64,000 nt of DNA from an uncultured Desulfosarcina sp. (GCA_963674945.2 CAXXWQ010000004.1:2912001-2976000), one strand, 5' to 3'; counted from the stretch's first letter, positions 1 through 11,969 are shown. Numbers and translations: made by a program. Notes: a model not told the origin generated them from the sequence alone.

Positions 1-665
1 TGCCGCAGGATGAGATCGTTGATGTGCGGAATCAGTTGCCCATTGATTTCATCATTAATCCCATGACCGTTTACTGATTCTTCTATCTCTTCTGAAAATT
101 CTATCTGCGCCTCACATCTTGCCAGTAACGTGTTTACCTGTTCGACAAGCCCTTGTACAATATTTCGAAATCCTCCTGTCACTTGCTCGCTGGCCATCTG
201 TGCGGCCGTTTCACAAGGGGCGTTAATAAGATCGATGATACCCTCGGCTTGGGTAAGATCGATCCGTCCATTCATAAACGCGCGTTTGGTAAATTCTCCG
301 GGTTCTGCCAGTAACGCCCCGTTATCGAGGACCATTTCTAATATTTTTTCCAGAACCACATAACCGGAGTGGGAGTGGATTTCTACCACATCCTCTCTTG
401 TATAACTCTTTGGACCGGCCATATAAATAGCCAACACCTCATCTACCAAATCCATCGAAACTGGATCGACAATGAATCCATAATGAATTTTATGAGATGG
501 TAAAAAGGCCGTTTCGCGATCGGAGGAATCGCTTGTTTTGATTGATTTCGTACCGGAAAACAGACGCTTGAGAATGGTAAGAGATCTCGGACCGGAAATT
601 CGAATGATGCCGATTCCACCGGTTCCCAAAGGTGTGGCGATGGCGGCAATCGTCGTATCAATCAT
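1..665 (-). CDS. mnmE: tRNA modification GTPase MnmE (5' part; runs off window start)
   Basis: Manual translation from ATG at 665: MIDTTIAAIATPLGTGGIGIIRISG...PKSYTREDVVEIHSHSG...AEPGEFTKRAFMNGRIDLTQAE; synteny with jag/yidC. Confidence 0.95.
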   Translation of the reverse strand, partial: MIDTTIAAIATPLGTGGIGIIRISGPRSLTILKRLFSGTKSIKTSDSSDRETAFLPSHKIHYGFIVDPVSMDLVDEVLAIYMAGPKSYTREDVVEIHSHSGYVVLEKILEMVLDNGALLAEPGEFTKRAFMNGRIDLTQAEGIIDLINAPCETAAQMASEQVTGGFRNIVQGLVEQVNTLLARCEAQIEFSEEIEESVNGHGINDEINGQLIPHINDLILR

Positions 666-707
666 GGGAGAATTTTTATTTTTGTTTTGTTTTAGAAAAA
701 TAGAAAA

Positions 708-1481
708 TCATTCCTTCTTCCTTCGCTTATTCCAGCCCTGCTTTTTAGGAAATATCATCAATTTTCGATAGTAGCCATCGCCGATACTCTGGGTTCGAAC
801 TCCTTCTTCGTCTTTGAGTTGAATATGGACGATTCGACGATCGTGGGCATTCATCTGTCCGATGGTGACCGGTTTTTTTATTTTTTTTGCCTTTTCCGCC
901 ATGCGCATGGCAAGCTTTTTGAGATTGCTTTTTCTTTTTTCGAGATACCCTTCCACATCAACAATCGTTCTTACACGATTGGTGCTTTTCTTATTAATCA
1001 TTTTTTCCAGCAAATATTGTATTGCTTCCAGCGTTTGACCGCGCTTTCCGATGAGCACGCCGCTATCGCCTCCGGTTATGGAAAAAAACAATTTGTTCTC
1101 TTTTTGATTCCAATCCACAGTAGCGCCGATTGTGATTTCATCGACGATGGTTTGCAACGCGTTCTTTCCGTATTCTGCGAGGTCATCCGTAATCTCAATA
1201 TGCTCTTGCGCAACTTCAGAAACACTGCTTTCGGGTATCGTCGGTGTTTCTGGCTGTCTCGGTCGTTTCTCCTGTTTTTTAGCCGAAGCAGTCTGTTTTT
1301 TTTCGGCTTCCACGAATACTTTGATCTTCGCCTTTTTTACACCCACCAGTCCGAAGATCCCACTGGATCCATAGGATACGACATCATGCTTGATTTTTTC
1401 TATCGGGATGGAAAGTGTTTGGCTCGCCAGTTCAAGCGCCTGTTCGACGTTTTTTCCAATAAAATCGTATGTTTTGACCAT
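708..1481 (-). CDS. jag: Jag/KhpB (EloR) RNA-binding protein (Jag_N, KH, R3H)
   Basis: KH motif LIGKRGQTLEAIQYL, R3H motif DRRIVH; located between yidC and mnmE. Confidence 0.93.
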   Translation of the reverse strand: MVKTYDFIGKNVEQALELASQTLSIPIEKIKHDVVSYGSSGIFGLVGVKKAKIKVFVEAEKKQTASAKKQEKRPRQPETPTIPESSVSEVAQEHIEITDDLAEYGKNALQTIVDEITIGATVDWNQKENKLFFSITGGDSGVLIGKRGQTLEAIQYLLEKMINKKSTNRVRTIVDVEGYLEKRKSNLKKLAMRMAEKAKKIKKPVTIGQMNAHDRRIVHIQLKDEEGVRTQSIGDGYYRKLMIFPKKQGWNKRRKKE

Positions 1482-1498
1482 AGAATTGCCTCCAGTAA

Positions 1499-3169
1499 TT
1501 ACCTGGTTTTCTTTTGGACATAGTATTGCTGGCCGATGGAAAGAAGGTTGTTGGTCAGCCAGTACAGCACCAGTCCAGAGGAGAAATTGATAAAGATAAA
1601 AGTGAAAACCACTGGCATGAGCATCATCATCTTGGCTTGGGTTGGATCACCGGGAGGGGGTGACATTTTTTGTTGAAGAATCATCGTAGCACCCATGATT
1701 ATGGTCAGCACCGGAATACCGGTCGGTGGCTGCATGAACGGGATCGAGAAACCAAAATTCAATAGTCGGTCAGGTGCGGATAGGTCGTTAATCCATAAAA
1801 AGAACGGTGCGTGCCGCAATTCGATTGCTTGATAGAGCATTCGATAGAGGGCAAAGAAAACGGGAATCTGCAGAATCATCGGTAGGCATCCGCCCACCGG
1901 ATTGACCTTGTATGTTTTGTACAAGGCCATCAATTCCTGATTCATCTGTTGTTTGTCGTCTTTGTATTTCTCTCGGATTTCCGTCATGAGAGGTTGAAGT
2001 TTCTTCATCTCGCTCATGGACTTATAGCTCTTGTTTCCCAGAGGCCACAGCAAAATCTTAGTAAATATGGTCAACAAGATGATGGCAATGCCATAATTCG
2101 GCACAACATGGTGAATCTGATTCATGAACCAGAGGCAGGGTTTGGCGATGAAATTAAAGAATCCAAAATTCAGTGCTTTTCCCATGTCGTGCCCGAGGCT
2201 GTTGAGCAAATTCATGCTCTTGGGCCCCATGAACAGGGAATAATGAAATGTCTGTTGGCTTCCCGGCAAAATTTCAAACAGTGGATGGATCAGACGATTG
2301 AAGACGACGTCTTTTTCCACCTCTAATTTCATTGTTCCGTTAATATCCGTTTCGGGAATGATACTGGTCATGAAATATCGATCTTCTATACTGATCCATC
2401 TGATATTCCCTTTGTATTCGTTATTTTCTTCTATTTTTTTTGTTTTGACCTGTTCGAGATTGTCGTCAATCAATGCGCTGGGTCCGGTAAACCCATACCC
2501 CTTGTTCTCCTCGATGGTTTTTCTGACCGAAACGACGAACTGATCCCGCAACGGTCGATCGGTTCCATTTTTTATCTGGATTTTTAGATCGATAAGATAG
2601 GATTTGGGATCGAAGGTGTAGCTTTTGGTTACCAACGTGCCGTCTTCGGCGATCCAATGAAAATCAAGTTGCTGTGCCTCATCAATGGCCTGAATGTAGT
2701 CGGATGGTTGAGAAACCGAAAAATAGGCTTGATCCATTCCGTTGAGAGATTTTGCGGCAAGGGCGGTGAAGATATTTCCCCGCGAAAAGGAAGGCGGAAT
2801 GAGTTGCTTGTTCGGTGAATCCGTTTGAACCGTCTCTCGGTATTGTTTCAATATATAGCTATCGAAAGTTGCACCGCGACTGGAAAGTCGGGTCGTGTAG
2901 AAAGGTGTCTCGACGGTAATCTGGCGGATATCTTTCCCGTCATCCTGGGATTTGCTTATTTCTTTCGCCTCTTTTTGAATTTCCGCGATCTTTTGCGAAT
3001 CGACTTCCATGTGTTCCGGCTTTTCATCCGTGGCCGGTTGGGGTTTCGAATTTGTCTGACGCATCGTCTGTTGTTCATCAACGGGTGGCCTTTCAACAAA
3101 AAAAACAGACCATACGAAGAGGACAAGAAAAGATAGTCCAATGGCCAAAAGCAGTCGAACTTGTTCCAT
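1499..3169 (-). CDS. yidC: Membrane protein insertase YidC
   Basis: NYGIAIILLT, NPVGGCLPMILQIPVFFALY, WINDLSAPD, GLVLYWLTNN motifs. Confidence 0.97.
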   Translation of the reverse strand: MEQVRLLLAIGLSFLVLFVWSVFFVERPPVDEQQTMRQTNSKPQPATDEKPEHMEVDSQKIAEIQKEAKEISKSQDDGKDIRQITVETPFYTTRLSSRGATFDSYILKQYRETVQTDSPNKQLIPPSFSRGNIFTALAAKSLNGMDQAYFSVSQPSDYIQAIDEAQQLDFHWIAEDGTLVTKSYTFDPKSYLIDLKIQIKNGTDRPLRDQFVVSVRKTIEENKGYGFTGPSALIDDNLEQVKTKKIEENNEYKGNIRWISIEDRYFMTSIIPETDINGTMKLEVEKDVVFNRLIHPLFEILPGSQQTFHYSLFMGPKSMNLLNSLGHDMGKALNFGFFNFIAKPCLWFMNQIHHVVPNYGIAIILLTIFTKILLWPLGNKSYKSMSEMKKLQPLMTEIREKYKDDKQQMNQELMALYKTYKVNPVGGCLPMILQIPVFFALYRMLYQAIELRHAPFFLWINDLSAPDRLLNFGFSIPFMQPPTGIPVLTIIMGATMILQQKMSPPPGDPTQAKMMMLMPVVFTFIFINFSSGLVLYWLTNNLLSIGQQYYVQKKTR

Positions 3170-3311
3170 TTTTTTCTCCTAGACGCTAATTTGCGCCATT
3201 AGTCGGGACACATCCGTTTATTCTTGAATTCTCAGAAAAAAGCAAAAAATTCGCGGAAGGCGGTCACGGCGGGCGTGGAACCGAGCGGGTTAATTTTCGA
3301 ATGGAAAAATT

Positions 3312-3524
3312 TTACGGCACCGGATCAAATCCTCCCGGATGAAATGGATGGCACCGTAAAATTCTTTTGATCGCGAGCAAGCCACCACGATATATGCCAT
3401 ACGTGCTGATGGCCTGATAAGCGTATTCTGAACAGGTCGGAACAAATCGGCATGCCGGCCCCAAAACGGGTGAAATCGTTATCCGGTAGAACCTTATAAG
3501 AAAGAGTGCCAGCTTATCGACCAT
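3312..3524 (-). CDS. yidD: Membrane protein insertion efficiency factor YidD
   Basis: [10 protein letters not shown]...[17 protein letters not shown]. Confidence 0.95.
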   Translation of the reverse strand: MVDKLALFLIRFYRITISPVLGPACRFVPTCSEYAYQAISTYGIYRGGLLAIKRILRCHPFHPGGFDPVP

Positions 3525-3903
3525 GATTATATTCGGGCTTTCTCGCGATTCTCTTGAAACCAGACCGAAGGTTATCTCGAATTATCGAAGCCCCATGTTT
3601 TCCGGAAGATTTTTTCGCAATGACGTTAATATCCAGCTGGCCCGGCAAAATACCTCTGTTCAATCGAAAATATTCGCGAATGAGTCGCTTGATCCTGTTT
3701 CTTGTAACAGCATTCCCGACTTTTTTAGAGACGGTAATGCCAAGGCGAGATCTTGAAAACTGGTTTTTCGAAACGACGAATATAAAATGGTCGCTATGGT
3801 GGCGAATCCCATTTTTTTTTAGAAATTGATATTCTTCAGATAACCTTATGCGATCTGCCTTGGTAAAAGTTAATATTTTCAACCAAATAGAATCCTTATC
3901 CAT
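3514..3903 (-). CDS. rnpA: Ribonuclease P protein component (start may be a few codons downstream)
   Basis: [28 protein letters not shown] motif; synteny. Confidence 0.95.
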   Translation of the reverse strand: MDKDSIWLKILTFTKADRIRLSEEYQFLKKNGIRHHSDHFIFVVSKNQFSRSRLGITVSKKVGNAVTRNRIKRLIREYFRLNRGILPGQLDINVIAKKSSGKHGASIIRDNLRSGFKRIARKPEYNHGR

Positions 3904-3973
3904 TTACGTGAAAATATTGGGGCACAATTTTGTCAATCCAATGAGGTTTTGGGTCGTCTATCACGCGAATAGA

Positions 3974-4108
3974 CTATAATGCCAATCGTTTTCTTCCTTT
4001 TGCCCTTCGCCGATTGATGATGCGCCGTCCCGCTTTGCTCGACATTCTTTTTCGAAAGCCATGGGTACGAGCCCTTTTCACTCTGCTCGGTTGGTACGTA
4101 CGTTTCAT
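3974..4108 (-). CDS. rpmH: 50S ribosomal protein L34 (44 aa, below the ORF-track length cutoff)
   Basis: Manual translation [44 protein letters not shown]. Confidence 0.98.
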   Translation of the reverse strand: MKRTYQPSRVKRARTHGFRKRMSSKAGRRIINRRRAKGRKRLAL

Positions 4109-4180
4109 CGTAAAATTTCCTTTTCTCCGTTGTTAATAATGGTATTTCAGTGCCCACCAATGCGATTGGTTGAATCGGAT

Positions 4181-4210
4181 ACTCTAACCATACGAAACAG
4201 TCGGTGTCAA
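4181..4210 (-). promoter_or_regulatory. Candidate sigma70 promoter of the rpmH operon
   Basis: Minus strand TTGACA-N18-TAGAGT, about 70 bp upstream of the rpmH ATG. Confidence 0.5.
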
Positions 4211-4270
4211 GCCGTAATGTTGCCGGTGTCACATCCCGGTGTGACCACTTTATATCGGTATGTTGTATTT

Positions 4271-5818
4271 TTATATAGAATCGGAAGTATTTTCTATTAT
4301 TTCGAATTCTTCTGTATGGTATTGACTATCTGGATAGATGGTAATTTGCTTATTGATTTTCTTCTCGAGGCCAGGAATGAGGTTATTTTCCTCCTCATGG
4401 AGGTACTCTGCCACTTGGGGGTTGACGCGCAATGTTAGCCGTAATCCGGTCATATCCGAAGCATATCGCAAAATTTCTCTATATACAGAATAACATACCG
4501 ATTTTATTGATATAACGTATCCTTCCCCTTCACAATAGGGACAAGGGTCGCAGAGTAGCCGCGTCAGTGGTTTGCGGGTTCTTTTCCTAGTCATCTGAAT
4601 GAGTCCCATCTCTGAAATGGGAAGAATATGGGTTTTGCTTCTATCTTTGGCAAAAGCCTCGTTGAGGGCGGAAAACACCTTTTCCTGATTGGATTTTTTT
4701 TCCATATCGATGAAGTCGATAATGATGATCCCACCGATATCACGCAATCGAATCTGGTAGGCGATCTCTTTGACCGCTTCCAAATTTGTTTTCAAGATGG
4801 TCTCTTCCAGATTGTGTTTTCCCACATATCGACCGGTATTCACGTCGATTGCCACCAGCGCCTCGGTATGTTCGATGACGATATACCCCCCAGAACGGAG
4901 CCAGACTTTTCGATTCAACGCCCGGGATATATCCCCTTCCAGGTTGTAGGCATCGAAGATCGGTTCCATTCCTTCGTACAATTCAACCGACTCTTTCAGG
5001 GATGGATTGAAGGTATCAAGAAAACGCAGAACCGATTCAAAATCCTTCGGCGAATCGATAACCAGTTTTTCCGCCTCCTGAAGGAGTAAATCCCTTACCG
5101 CCCGCAGGCTGATGGTAAGTTCTTGATGCAGCAAAGATGGCGTCGACGCCGTCTGATACTTTTTCTGAATGTTGCACCAGAGGTTTTTTAAAAAACCCAT
5201 CTCATAGGCGATTTTTTCCTTTTTTACACCCTCTGCAGCCGTTCGCACGATGTAGCCCATCATACTATTGTTGGATAATTCGGTGACGATTTGCTTTAGA
5301 CGCTGCCGTTCTTCTTCGTCTTCGATACGACGGGATATGCCGATATGGGAAGATGTGGGCATCAGGACCAGAAATCGTCCTGGTAGCGAAATATTGGATG
5401 TAATTCTCGCGCCCTTCGTACCGATGGGGGATTTGGATACCTGAACGAGCACCTCCTGACCCTCATGGATCAGATTTTCGATATTCTCTTTTTCCTCTTT
5501 TGGCTTATAGACATCCTCTCCTTTGTTTTCAAATCGTTCATCCTCATCGAAATCTTCACAACAAAAATGTTCTTCGATGTCCGAATAATTATCCCGAACC
5601 ACATCATCCACATAGATAAAAGCTGCCTGGTGCAATCCGATATCCACAAAAGCCGCCTGCATACCCGGTAATACGCGTTGCACGCGCCCCTTATAGATAT
5701 TTCCCGTGCTGTCTCGGCTGTCTCGTCGCTCTATAAAAAGTTCGACGATGGTTTCATCCTCCACGAGAGCGACTCTTGTTTCATGGTCCGCTACGTTGAT
5801 AATAATTCGTTTAGACAT
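4271..5818 (-). CDS. rng: Rne/Rng family ribonuclease (RNase G-like)
   Basis: GNIYKGRVQRVLPGMQAAFVDIG S1 domain, AIDVNTG, IGGIIIIDFIDM, CPYCEGEG; no long C-terminal scaffold. Confidence 0.93.
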   Translation of the reverse strand: MSKRIIINVADHETRVALVEDETIVELFIERRDSRDSTGNIYKGRVQRVLPGMQAAFVDIGLHQAAFIYVDDVVRDNYSDIEEHFCCEDFDEDERFENKGEDVYKPKEEKENIENLIHEGQEVLVQVSKSPIGTKGARITSNISLPGRFLVLMPTSSHIGISRRIEDEEERQRLKQIVTELSNNSMMGYIVRTAAEGVKKEKIAYEMGFLKNLWCNIQKKYQTASTPSLLHQELTISLRAVRDLLLQEAEKLVIDSPKDFESVLRFLDTFNPSLKESVELYEGMEPIFDAYNLEGDISRALNRKVWLRSGGYIVIEHTEALVAIDVNTGRYVGKHNLEETILKTNLEAVKEIAYQIRLRDIGGIIIIDFIDMEKKSNQEKVFSALNEAFAKDRSKTHILPISEMGLIQMTRKRTRKPLTRLLCDPCPYCEGEGYVISIKSVCYSVYREILRYASDMTGLRLTLRVNPQVAEYLHEEENNLIPGLEKKINKQITIYPDSQYHTEEFEIIENTSDSI

Positions 5819-8327
5819 GACTCGAATTTCTTTTGGTAATGACGGCGGTGAGGATCTGTTGATCGTCCAAATGAAAGACGCTTTTCATGACGTGGGCGGG
5901 TCTCACCGTCAATTGGTCATGCAAACCAAGGGTAATGGATAGACGACGGTTATCGATCAGACGAATTCGAACCACCGCCTTTTTCAGGTCGACGACACCC
6001 TTTTTTCCTTTCTTTCTTTTCCTTTCTATCGGTACGTTCTCTTGGCGCAAAAACCAGTCTAAATCTTTTTCAGTAAAAAAGCCATCTTTTAGTTCCACAT
6101 GGTATTCCTGCTCGATGTTCCGATTCAAGGATATTTCCCGCACATATGGCGTACACCCGACAATCTCTAATCCATCGGGAAGTTGTCCTGTAAGGCACCG
6201 ACACAATGACATCGGATCGACCTGCCGGGTCAAACCGATCAACATCTGCTCCGCTTCACTTTGCATTCCAAGGGGTAAGGTATCTTTAAAGGATATCTTC
6301 GGCATGGGGTGATATCCCTTAGAATATTGAAGCGGCAACCGCTCTCTTCTCAGGCATCGGGTAAAGACCTTGGTCATCTCCAAATGACCCAAAAAGCGCG
6401 CCAATCCAACCTTTTTATAATTTATCAGATACTTGAATGATGATCCCGTTTTTGATGAATCATCGGTAGTAACGGGGAGGGAAACAAAACCCTTTTGTTC
6501 ATGGAACGAAATGGGGCGGACTGCATCGAAATCACAGATTCCGCAACCAGCACACCTTCCGGTTCTACAGTCGTCTGTCCTCTCTTGCCGGATCGCTCTT
6601 TCCCTTTCTTGTTGAAGAAAGGACCGATCCACTCCCATGTGGATATGATCCCACGGCAAGGATGCACCGGGGTCCGAATTGCAGTTGTTGTAGGACTCTG
6701 GTTCTATACCGTTTTCGGATAGAACCCGAATCCATGTTTCGTATTTGAAATAATCGCTCCACCCGTCAAAACGGCAACCCTTTTCCCACGCGTCGACCAA
6801 AACCTTACGCAACATTCGATCTCCCCGTGAAAAAACACCTTCGACCACGCTGACTTTTGGATCCTGCCATTTTACCTTGACACCGGACATTTTTACGTTG
6901 TCTTTAAGCCATTCGATCTTTTCCGTCGCCTCTTCCAGCGATATTTGCGGCTCCCATTGAAAGGGCGTGTGTGGTTTGGGTACGAAGGTGGCCACGCTAA
7001 CGTTTATCGTCGCACGCTTTCCGTATCTCGTTGTTTGGTTTTTCAGTTTTTTGACAAGATCGACGATGGCCTCGATATCCTCTTTTGTCTCCGTGGGAAG
7101 ACCGATCATGAAGTACAGCTTGATTACCTTCCAACCGAGGGAAAATGCATCGGTGACTGTTCGTATGATGTCCGCTTCGGTAATATTTTTATTAATGACA
7201 TCCCGCAGTCGTTGACTACCCGCTTCCGGTGCGATGGTGAATCCCGTCTTCCGGACCTTTTTGATCAGTTCCATCAGTTCTGGCGTAAGAGAACCGGCCC
7301 TTAGAGAGGGAAGAGATACCGCCACATGGTCCCTTTCTCCGAAAGACATGATGCCTTTCATCAAGGGAACGATACAAGAATAGTCACCCGTGCTCAAAGA
7401 GAGTAATGAAAGATCTTCGTATCCTGTTTCGGAAAGCAGACGTTTCACCGAATCCATGATCGCTTCCGGATGACGTTCACGTACCGGGCGATAGATCATA
7501 CCTGCCTGGCAAAAACGACATCCTCTGGTGCATCCCCTTGCGATTTCCATTCGCAGCCGGTCATGTACCGGGCGGCCAAAGGGAACCACGGGTTTTTTTG
7601 CAAAAGGCGCCTTATTTAGATCCGCCACCAAAACCTTTTCAATTTTCGATGGCGCTGCTGGATCCGTAGGGACCAATTTCCAGCCGTCGTTACTTATAAG
7701 GTTATAAAAACCGGGAATATAGACACCCTTGATGCTCGACCATTTGTGCAAAAGATCCTTACGTTTTCGATTTTCGCGTTTTTGCCAGGAAAACCATGCA
7801 TCGGTCATCTGTAACACTACCTCTTCCCCATCTCCGATAACGATGGCATCGAAAAAATCGGCGACGGGTTCCGGATTGCTGGTACACGGTCCGCCGGCGA
7901 TGACAAAGGGGGCGGTCTCACTGCGCTGGTGTGAAAAAAAGGGAATTTTCGATAGATGGAGCATATTCACCATATTGGTGTAATTCAATTCATAGAGCAG
8001 GCTGAATCCGACGATATCGAAACGATGCAGGGGGGTTTGGGACTCCAAAGAGAACAGGGAAACACCATTGTTTGTGAGCTGCTGCTCCATATCCAAGGCC
8101 GGGGCGAATACCCGTTCGGCGACAATGTCCTCCTTCTCGTTCAGTATTCCGTATAAAAGTTGAATACCGAAGTGGGATGTTCCGATTTCATACAGATCGG
8201 GAAAGGCCAAGGCCACATGAAGGGTGGTTCGATCCCAGGATTTTCGTATGCAATTTATTTCGTTTCCGATATACCGGCTGGGCATCTGAACTTGCGACAG
8301 GATATCTTGAATGGTCTGATCACTCAT
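5811..8327 (-). CDS. TIGR03960-type B12-binding radical SAM protein fused to a TIGR03936-type linked domain
   Basis: FPDLYEIGTSH, CxxxCxxC (RGCTRGCRFCQAG), C-terminal RFLGHLE...YSKGYHPMPKISF; the ATG at 8327 avoids overlap with the divergent htrA. Confidence 0.88.
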   Translation of the reverse strand: MSDQTIQDILSQVQMPSRYIGNEINCIRKSWDRTTLHVALAFPDLYEIGTSHFGIQLLYGILNEKEDIVAERVFAPALDMEQQLTNNGVSLFSLESQTPLHRFDIVGFSLLYELNYTNMVNMLHLSKIPFFSHQRSETAPFVIAGGPCTSNPEPVADFFDAIVIGDGEEVVLQMTDAWFSWQKRENRKRKDLLHKWSSIKGVYIPGFYNLISNDGWKLVPTDPAAPSKIEKVLVADLNKAPFAKKPVVPFGRPVHDRLRMEIARGCTRGCRFCQAGMIYRPVRERHPEAIMDSVKRLLSETGYEDLSLLSLSTGDYSCIVPLMKGIMSFGERDHVAVSLPSLRAGSLTPELMELIKKVRKTGFTIAPEAGSQRLRDVINKNITEADIIRTVTDAFSLGWKVIKLYFMIGLPTETKEDIEAIVDLVKKLKNQTTRYGKRATINVSVATFVPKPHTPFQWEPQISLEEATEKIEWLKDNVKMSGVKVKWQDPKVSVVEGVFSRGDRMLRKVLVDAWEKGCRFDGWSDYFKYETWIRVLSENGIEPESYNNCNSDPGASLPWDHIHMGVDRSFLQQERERAIRQERTDDCRTGRCAGCGICDFDAVRPISFHEQKGFVSLPVTTDDSSKTGSSFKYLINYKKVGLARFLGHLEMTKVFTRCLRRERLPLQYSKGYHPMPKISFKDTLPLGMQSEAEQMLIGLTRQVDPMSLCRCLTGQLPDGLEIVGCTPYVREISLNRNIEQEYHVELKDGFFTEKDLDWFLRQENVPIERKRKKGKKGVVDLKKAVVRIRLIDNRRLSITLGLHDQLTVRPAHVMKSVFHLDDQQILTAVITKRNSSHV

Positions 8328-8371
8328 GGTATATTTCTTAAATGATTGTGAATCCTTAAAAAGGGTTTGAA

Positions 8372-9796
8372 ATGACAAAGTTGTCGATACAAATCAACAA
8401 AAAAAAAATACGCATCCTTTTGTTTTTCGGTTCGCTATCGATTTTCTCGTTGTTTGGGTTCACTACCGTTGGAAGCGAACAAACACGGGAAAACAATGTG
8501 GTAAAAGCCGTAAGAAAGGTCAGTCCGGCAGTCGTCAATATAAGTTCTGAATATGAGATTCGCAAGAATTCCAATCCGTTTTCCATATACGGAATGGATC
8601 CCATGTTTGAAAATTTCTTCCGCGACTTCTTTTCTCCGGAATATAACCGAAGGGAAAAGCGAACCAGTCTCGGCTCCGGTGTCATCATCGACGGTGATCG
8701 CGGTTTCGTCTTGACAAATGCACACGTCATCGAAAAGGCAACATCCATCCACGTCACATTGAACGACGAACGCGAACTTTCGGCGACGATCGTGGGCATG
8801 GATCCGGATTCGGACCTGGCAGTCCTGAAAATCGAATCCGAACATCCATTGCCATCGGTTCAGATGGGAGATTCCGACGATATCATGATCGGCGAGTCGG
8901 TTATCGCCATCGGCAATCCTTTCGGTTTTTCCCACACGGTTACCACCGGTGTGGTCAGTGCCGTAAATCGAAGCATCAAAACCAATAACCACATCTTTCA
9001 CGAATTCATTCAAACCGATGCCTCCATCAATCCGGGAAACAGTGGTGGTCCCTTGCTGAATATCGATGGTCAGCTTATCGGCATCAACACGGCCATCTAT
9101 GCAGAAGCACAGGGAATCGGTTTCGCCATTCCAATTAACCGGGCACGCCGTATCGTTTCCGATCTGATTAACTTTGGCCAGGTGGTACAGGCGTGGATTG
9201 GTCTTGCCGTCCAGTCCATCGACACCAGTTTGTCTGCCTACCTGAATATCGATCGCGGTGTCGGTGTCATCGTCAGTCAGGTGGAACTCGAAAGCCCCGC
9301 GGCTTCGGAGGGCTTTCTCGAAGGAGATATCATCATCAGCGTAGACGGGGAAAAAATAACCGGCCTGGAAAGCTATATCGCAAAAATAAAAGATGTTTCC
9401 GTCGGACAAATCATTCAAATAGCGATGATTCGCCAGGGAAAAAGCAAAACCCTCTCTTTGACGGCTACCAAGTTTCCCGTGGAACAGGCGCTGAATCTGG
9501 CGAAACGGCGAATGGGTATCGAAATCTCTCCCCTCGATGAAAAGATCCGCTCTGAATACGGCATTCGTGCAACAAAAGGCGTTTTAATCTCTAAAATGCA
9601 GCGAAATAGCCACCTGTATCGAATCGGAGTACGTCCGGGGGATATCGTTCGTCAAATCGACGAAGCGCGGATCGACGACATGGAAGATTTTAAAACGGCC
9701 ATCGTCAGATACCGAAACAAGACGTCGGTGGTGATGTTGATTCTGCGTGATGGCCAATTTTACTACGTCAATGCCAATATGAAGGATGGCGGATGA
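8372..9796 (+). CDS. HtrA/DegQ family serine protease with two PDZ domains
   Basis: [35 protein letters not shown]. Confidence 0.95.
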   Translation: MTKLSIQINKKKIRILLFFGSLSIFSLFGFTTVGSEQTRENNVVKAVRKVSPAVVNISSEYEIRKNSNPFSIYGMDPMFENFFRDFFSPEYNRREKRTSLGSGVIIDGDRGFVLTNAHVIEKATSIHVTLNDERELSATIVGMDPDSDLAVLKIESEHPLPSVQMGDSDDIMIGESVIAIGNPFGFSHTVTTGVVSAVNRSIKTNNHIFHEFIQTDASINPGNSGGPLLNIDGQLIGINTAIYAEAQGIGFAIPINRARRIVSDLINFGQVVQAWIGLAVQSIDTSLSAYLNIDRGVGVIVSQVELESPAASEGFLEGDIIISVDGEKITGLESYIAKIKDVSVGQIIQIAMIRQGKSKTLSLTATKFPVEQALNLAKRRMGIEISPLDEKIRSEYGIRATKGVLISKMQRNSHLYRIGVRPGDIVRQIDEARIDDMEDFKTAIVRYRNKTSVVMLILRDGQFYYVNANMKDGG

Positions 9797-11178
9797 TGAA
9801 AAGAACAAAAATAAATACGTTGTTGAAATCAGAAAAACCGCTTGAAAACGTAACGATAAAGGGATGGATTCGAACCAAACGGGATTCTAAAACCTTCTCC
9901 TTTATTGAAGTGAACGACGGCTCCTGCCTTACCAACATCCAAGTGGTCGTCGATGACACAACACCGGATTACAATGAAATCAAGAAATTGACCACCGGAT
10001 CGGCAATCACCGTATGGGGGTCTCTGGTCGCCTCCCAAGGCAAGGGTCAACAATGGGAGATACAGGCAAATGGAATCGAACTCATCGGCATTGCACCGGA
10101 TACCTATCCTCTCCAGAAAAAGCGTCACAGTGATGAATTTTTACGGACCATTGCCCACCTGCGACCTCGAACCAATAAATACGGTGCCATTTTCAGAATC
10201 CGATCGGAACTTGCCTGGGCCGTTCATCATTTTTTCAGGGAAAGGGGATTCCGATACATTCATACGCCGGTAATTACCGGTTCTGATTGTGAAGGGGCTG
10301 GAGAACTATTTCGGGTGACGACCCTGGATCCCTGCCTCTCCATACCACCCGGTGAAAAATTCGATTATTCAAAGGATTTCTTCGGTGCGGAATCCAGTCT
10401 TACCGTTTCCGGCCAATTGTCGGCAGAGATGTTCGCCCTCTCCCTAGGTGACGTCTACACCTTCGGCCCTACCTTCCGCGCGGAAAATTCAAACACCAGC
10501 AGGCATGTGGCGGAGTTCTGGATGATCGAACCGGAAATGGCCTTTTGTGATCTTGACGGAAACATGGATATAGCGGAAACCTTCGTCAAACATCTCGTCT
10601 CCTTCGCCATGGAAAATTGCATGGAAGACCTGACACTTTTTTCCCGTTTCGTGGATAAAACCCTCCAAAAGACGCTGGAAAATATATCAAGTGCGAATTT
10701 TGCCCGAATCCCATATGAAGAGGCGGTCGATATTCTGTTGGGATCGAAAACGTCTTTCGAATTCGATGTTTCCCATGGCGCGGACCTTCAGTCGGAACAC
10801 GAACGCTACCTGACAGAAGTTCATTTTAAAAAGCCTGTTATTTTGTACGACTATCCAAAAAACATCAAACCTTTTTACATGCGTCTCAACGACAATGACG
10901 AAACCGTGGCAGCCATGGATCTTCTGGTTCCCCGAATCGGTGAACTCATCGGCGGCAGTCAGCGGGAAGAACGGTTGGATGTGCTTACGATGCGAATGGA
11001 TCAGGCAAAACTTCCAAAGGAGCGATACTGGTGGTACCTTGACTCGAGGCGCTACGGCAGTGTTCCCCACAGCGGTTTCGGATTGGGATTCGAAAGATTG
11101 TTGATGCTCGTTACCGGTGTATCCAACATCCGTGATGTCATTCCATTTCCAAGGACGCCGGGAAATATAGAATTTTAA
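9793..11178 (+). CDS. asnS: Asparagine--tRNA ligase
   Basis: [52 protein letters not shown]. Confidence 0.97.
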   Translation: MMKRTKINTLLKSEKPLENVTIKGWIRTKRDSKTFSFIEVNDGSCLTNIQVVVDDTTPDYNEIKKLTTGSAITVWGSLVASQGKGQQWEIQANGIELIGIAPDTYPLQKKRHSDEFLRTIAHLRPRTNKYGAIFRIRSELAWAVHHFFRERGFRYIHTPVITGSDCEGAGELFRVTTLDPCLSIPPGEKFDYSKDFFGAESSLTVSGQLSAEMFALSLGDVYTFGPTFRAENSNTSRHVAEFWMIEPEMAFCDLDGNMDIAETFVKHLVSFAMENCMEDLTLFSRFVDKTLQKTLENISSANFARIPYEEAVDILLGSKTSFEFDVSHGADLQSEHERYLTEVHFKKPVILYDYPKNIKPFYMRLNDNDETVAAMDLLVPRIGELIGGSQREERLDVLTMRMDQAKLPKERYWWYLDSRRYGSVPHSGFGLGFERLLMLVTGVSNIRDVIPFPRTPGNIEF

Positions 11179-11969
11179 TCGGTTTTCAGGCATCTTAGCT
11201 TGGCCAGATCCTCTGCATATCCGTACAGGTGTAGGCCTTTGCTCTCAACGATCATCTCTCCATCCGCAACGCCGATTTCACCGGCCATGTACTCTTTCAG
11301 ATTCTGAATTCCCGCGAGATTGGCCGGCATACCGCCCCATAAATCCCAGGAACGAAAATAGACGATGAAATGAAGTGTATCATCCTGGATTCGGGTATCG
11401 ATGGATCGAAGACACGGCGGATCTACGAGGGTAACATCCGATGGGTGCGCGACCTGGAGAACCATCTGGTTGTTTCGGTGACCATAGCGTCTGTACGTAT
11501 CGATAATCCATTCGATCTGATTCAGGTATAAGATTCCGTCCTCCTCGAAAAGTATATTTTCATCATTATCCCGAAGATCGATAATTTCGGTATTTCCCGA
11601 TTTCCACCATTTCAGTTTCTCCCCGGTAATGGGAACCCTTGTCAGCCTTTCCCCATAGGTATAGGATTCACCGGGTTCCTTGTGCCCCGTCATCAGATAT
11701 TCAATATAGGACCGATTGTACCCGTCCCCGCCGAAGATGTAGGCCTCCTCAACCGGATTGGGAATTCCACACGATGGGGGAATATCCGGAATCAGCGGTT
11801 GTGTCCCTGGATATTCCACATGTCCGATAAAATAGTCGTATTCCAGGCGCGTCTGACCGGCATATGAGCCACGATCGATAGTGAATCGACGACCGTATTC
11901 CAGAATATCATGAACGGCCTGAAACCACAGATCGGGAAGATCCCTTGCATTTACATTGTGTAATTTCAT
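11175..11969 (-). CDS. Thymidylate synthase-fold protein (archaeal/methanogen-like ThyA)
   Basis: [19 protein letters not shown] (catalytic Cys), [18 protein letters not shown]. Confidence 0.8.
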   Translation of the reverse strand: MKLHNVNARDLPDLWFQAVHDILEYGRRFTIDRGSYAGQTRLEYDYFIGHVEYPGTQPLIPDIPPSCGIPNPVEEAYIFGGDGYNRSYIEYLMTGHKEPGESYTYGERLTRVPITGEKLKWWKSGNTEIIDLRDNDENILFEEDGILYLNQIEWIIDTYRRYGHRNNQMVLQVAHPSDVTLVDPPCLRSIDTRIQDDTLHFIVYFRSWDLWGGMPANLAGIQNLKEYMAGEIGVADGEMIVESKGLHLYGYAEDLAKLRCLKTD

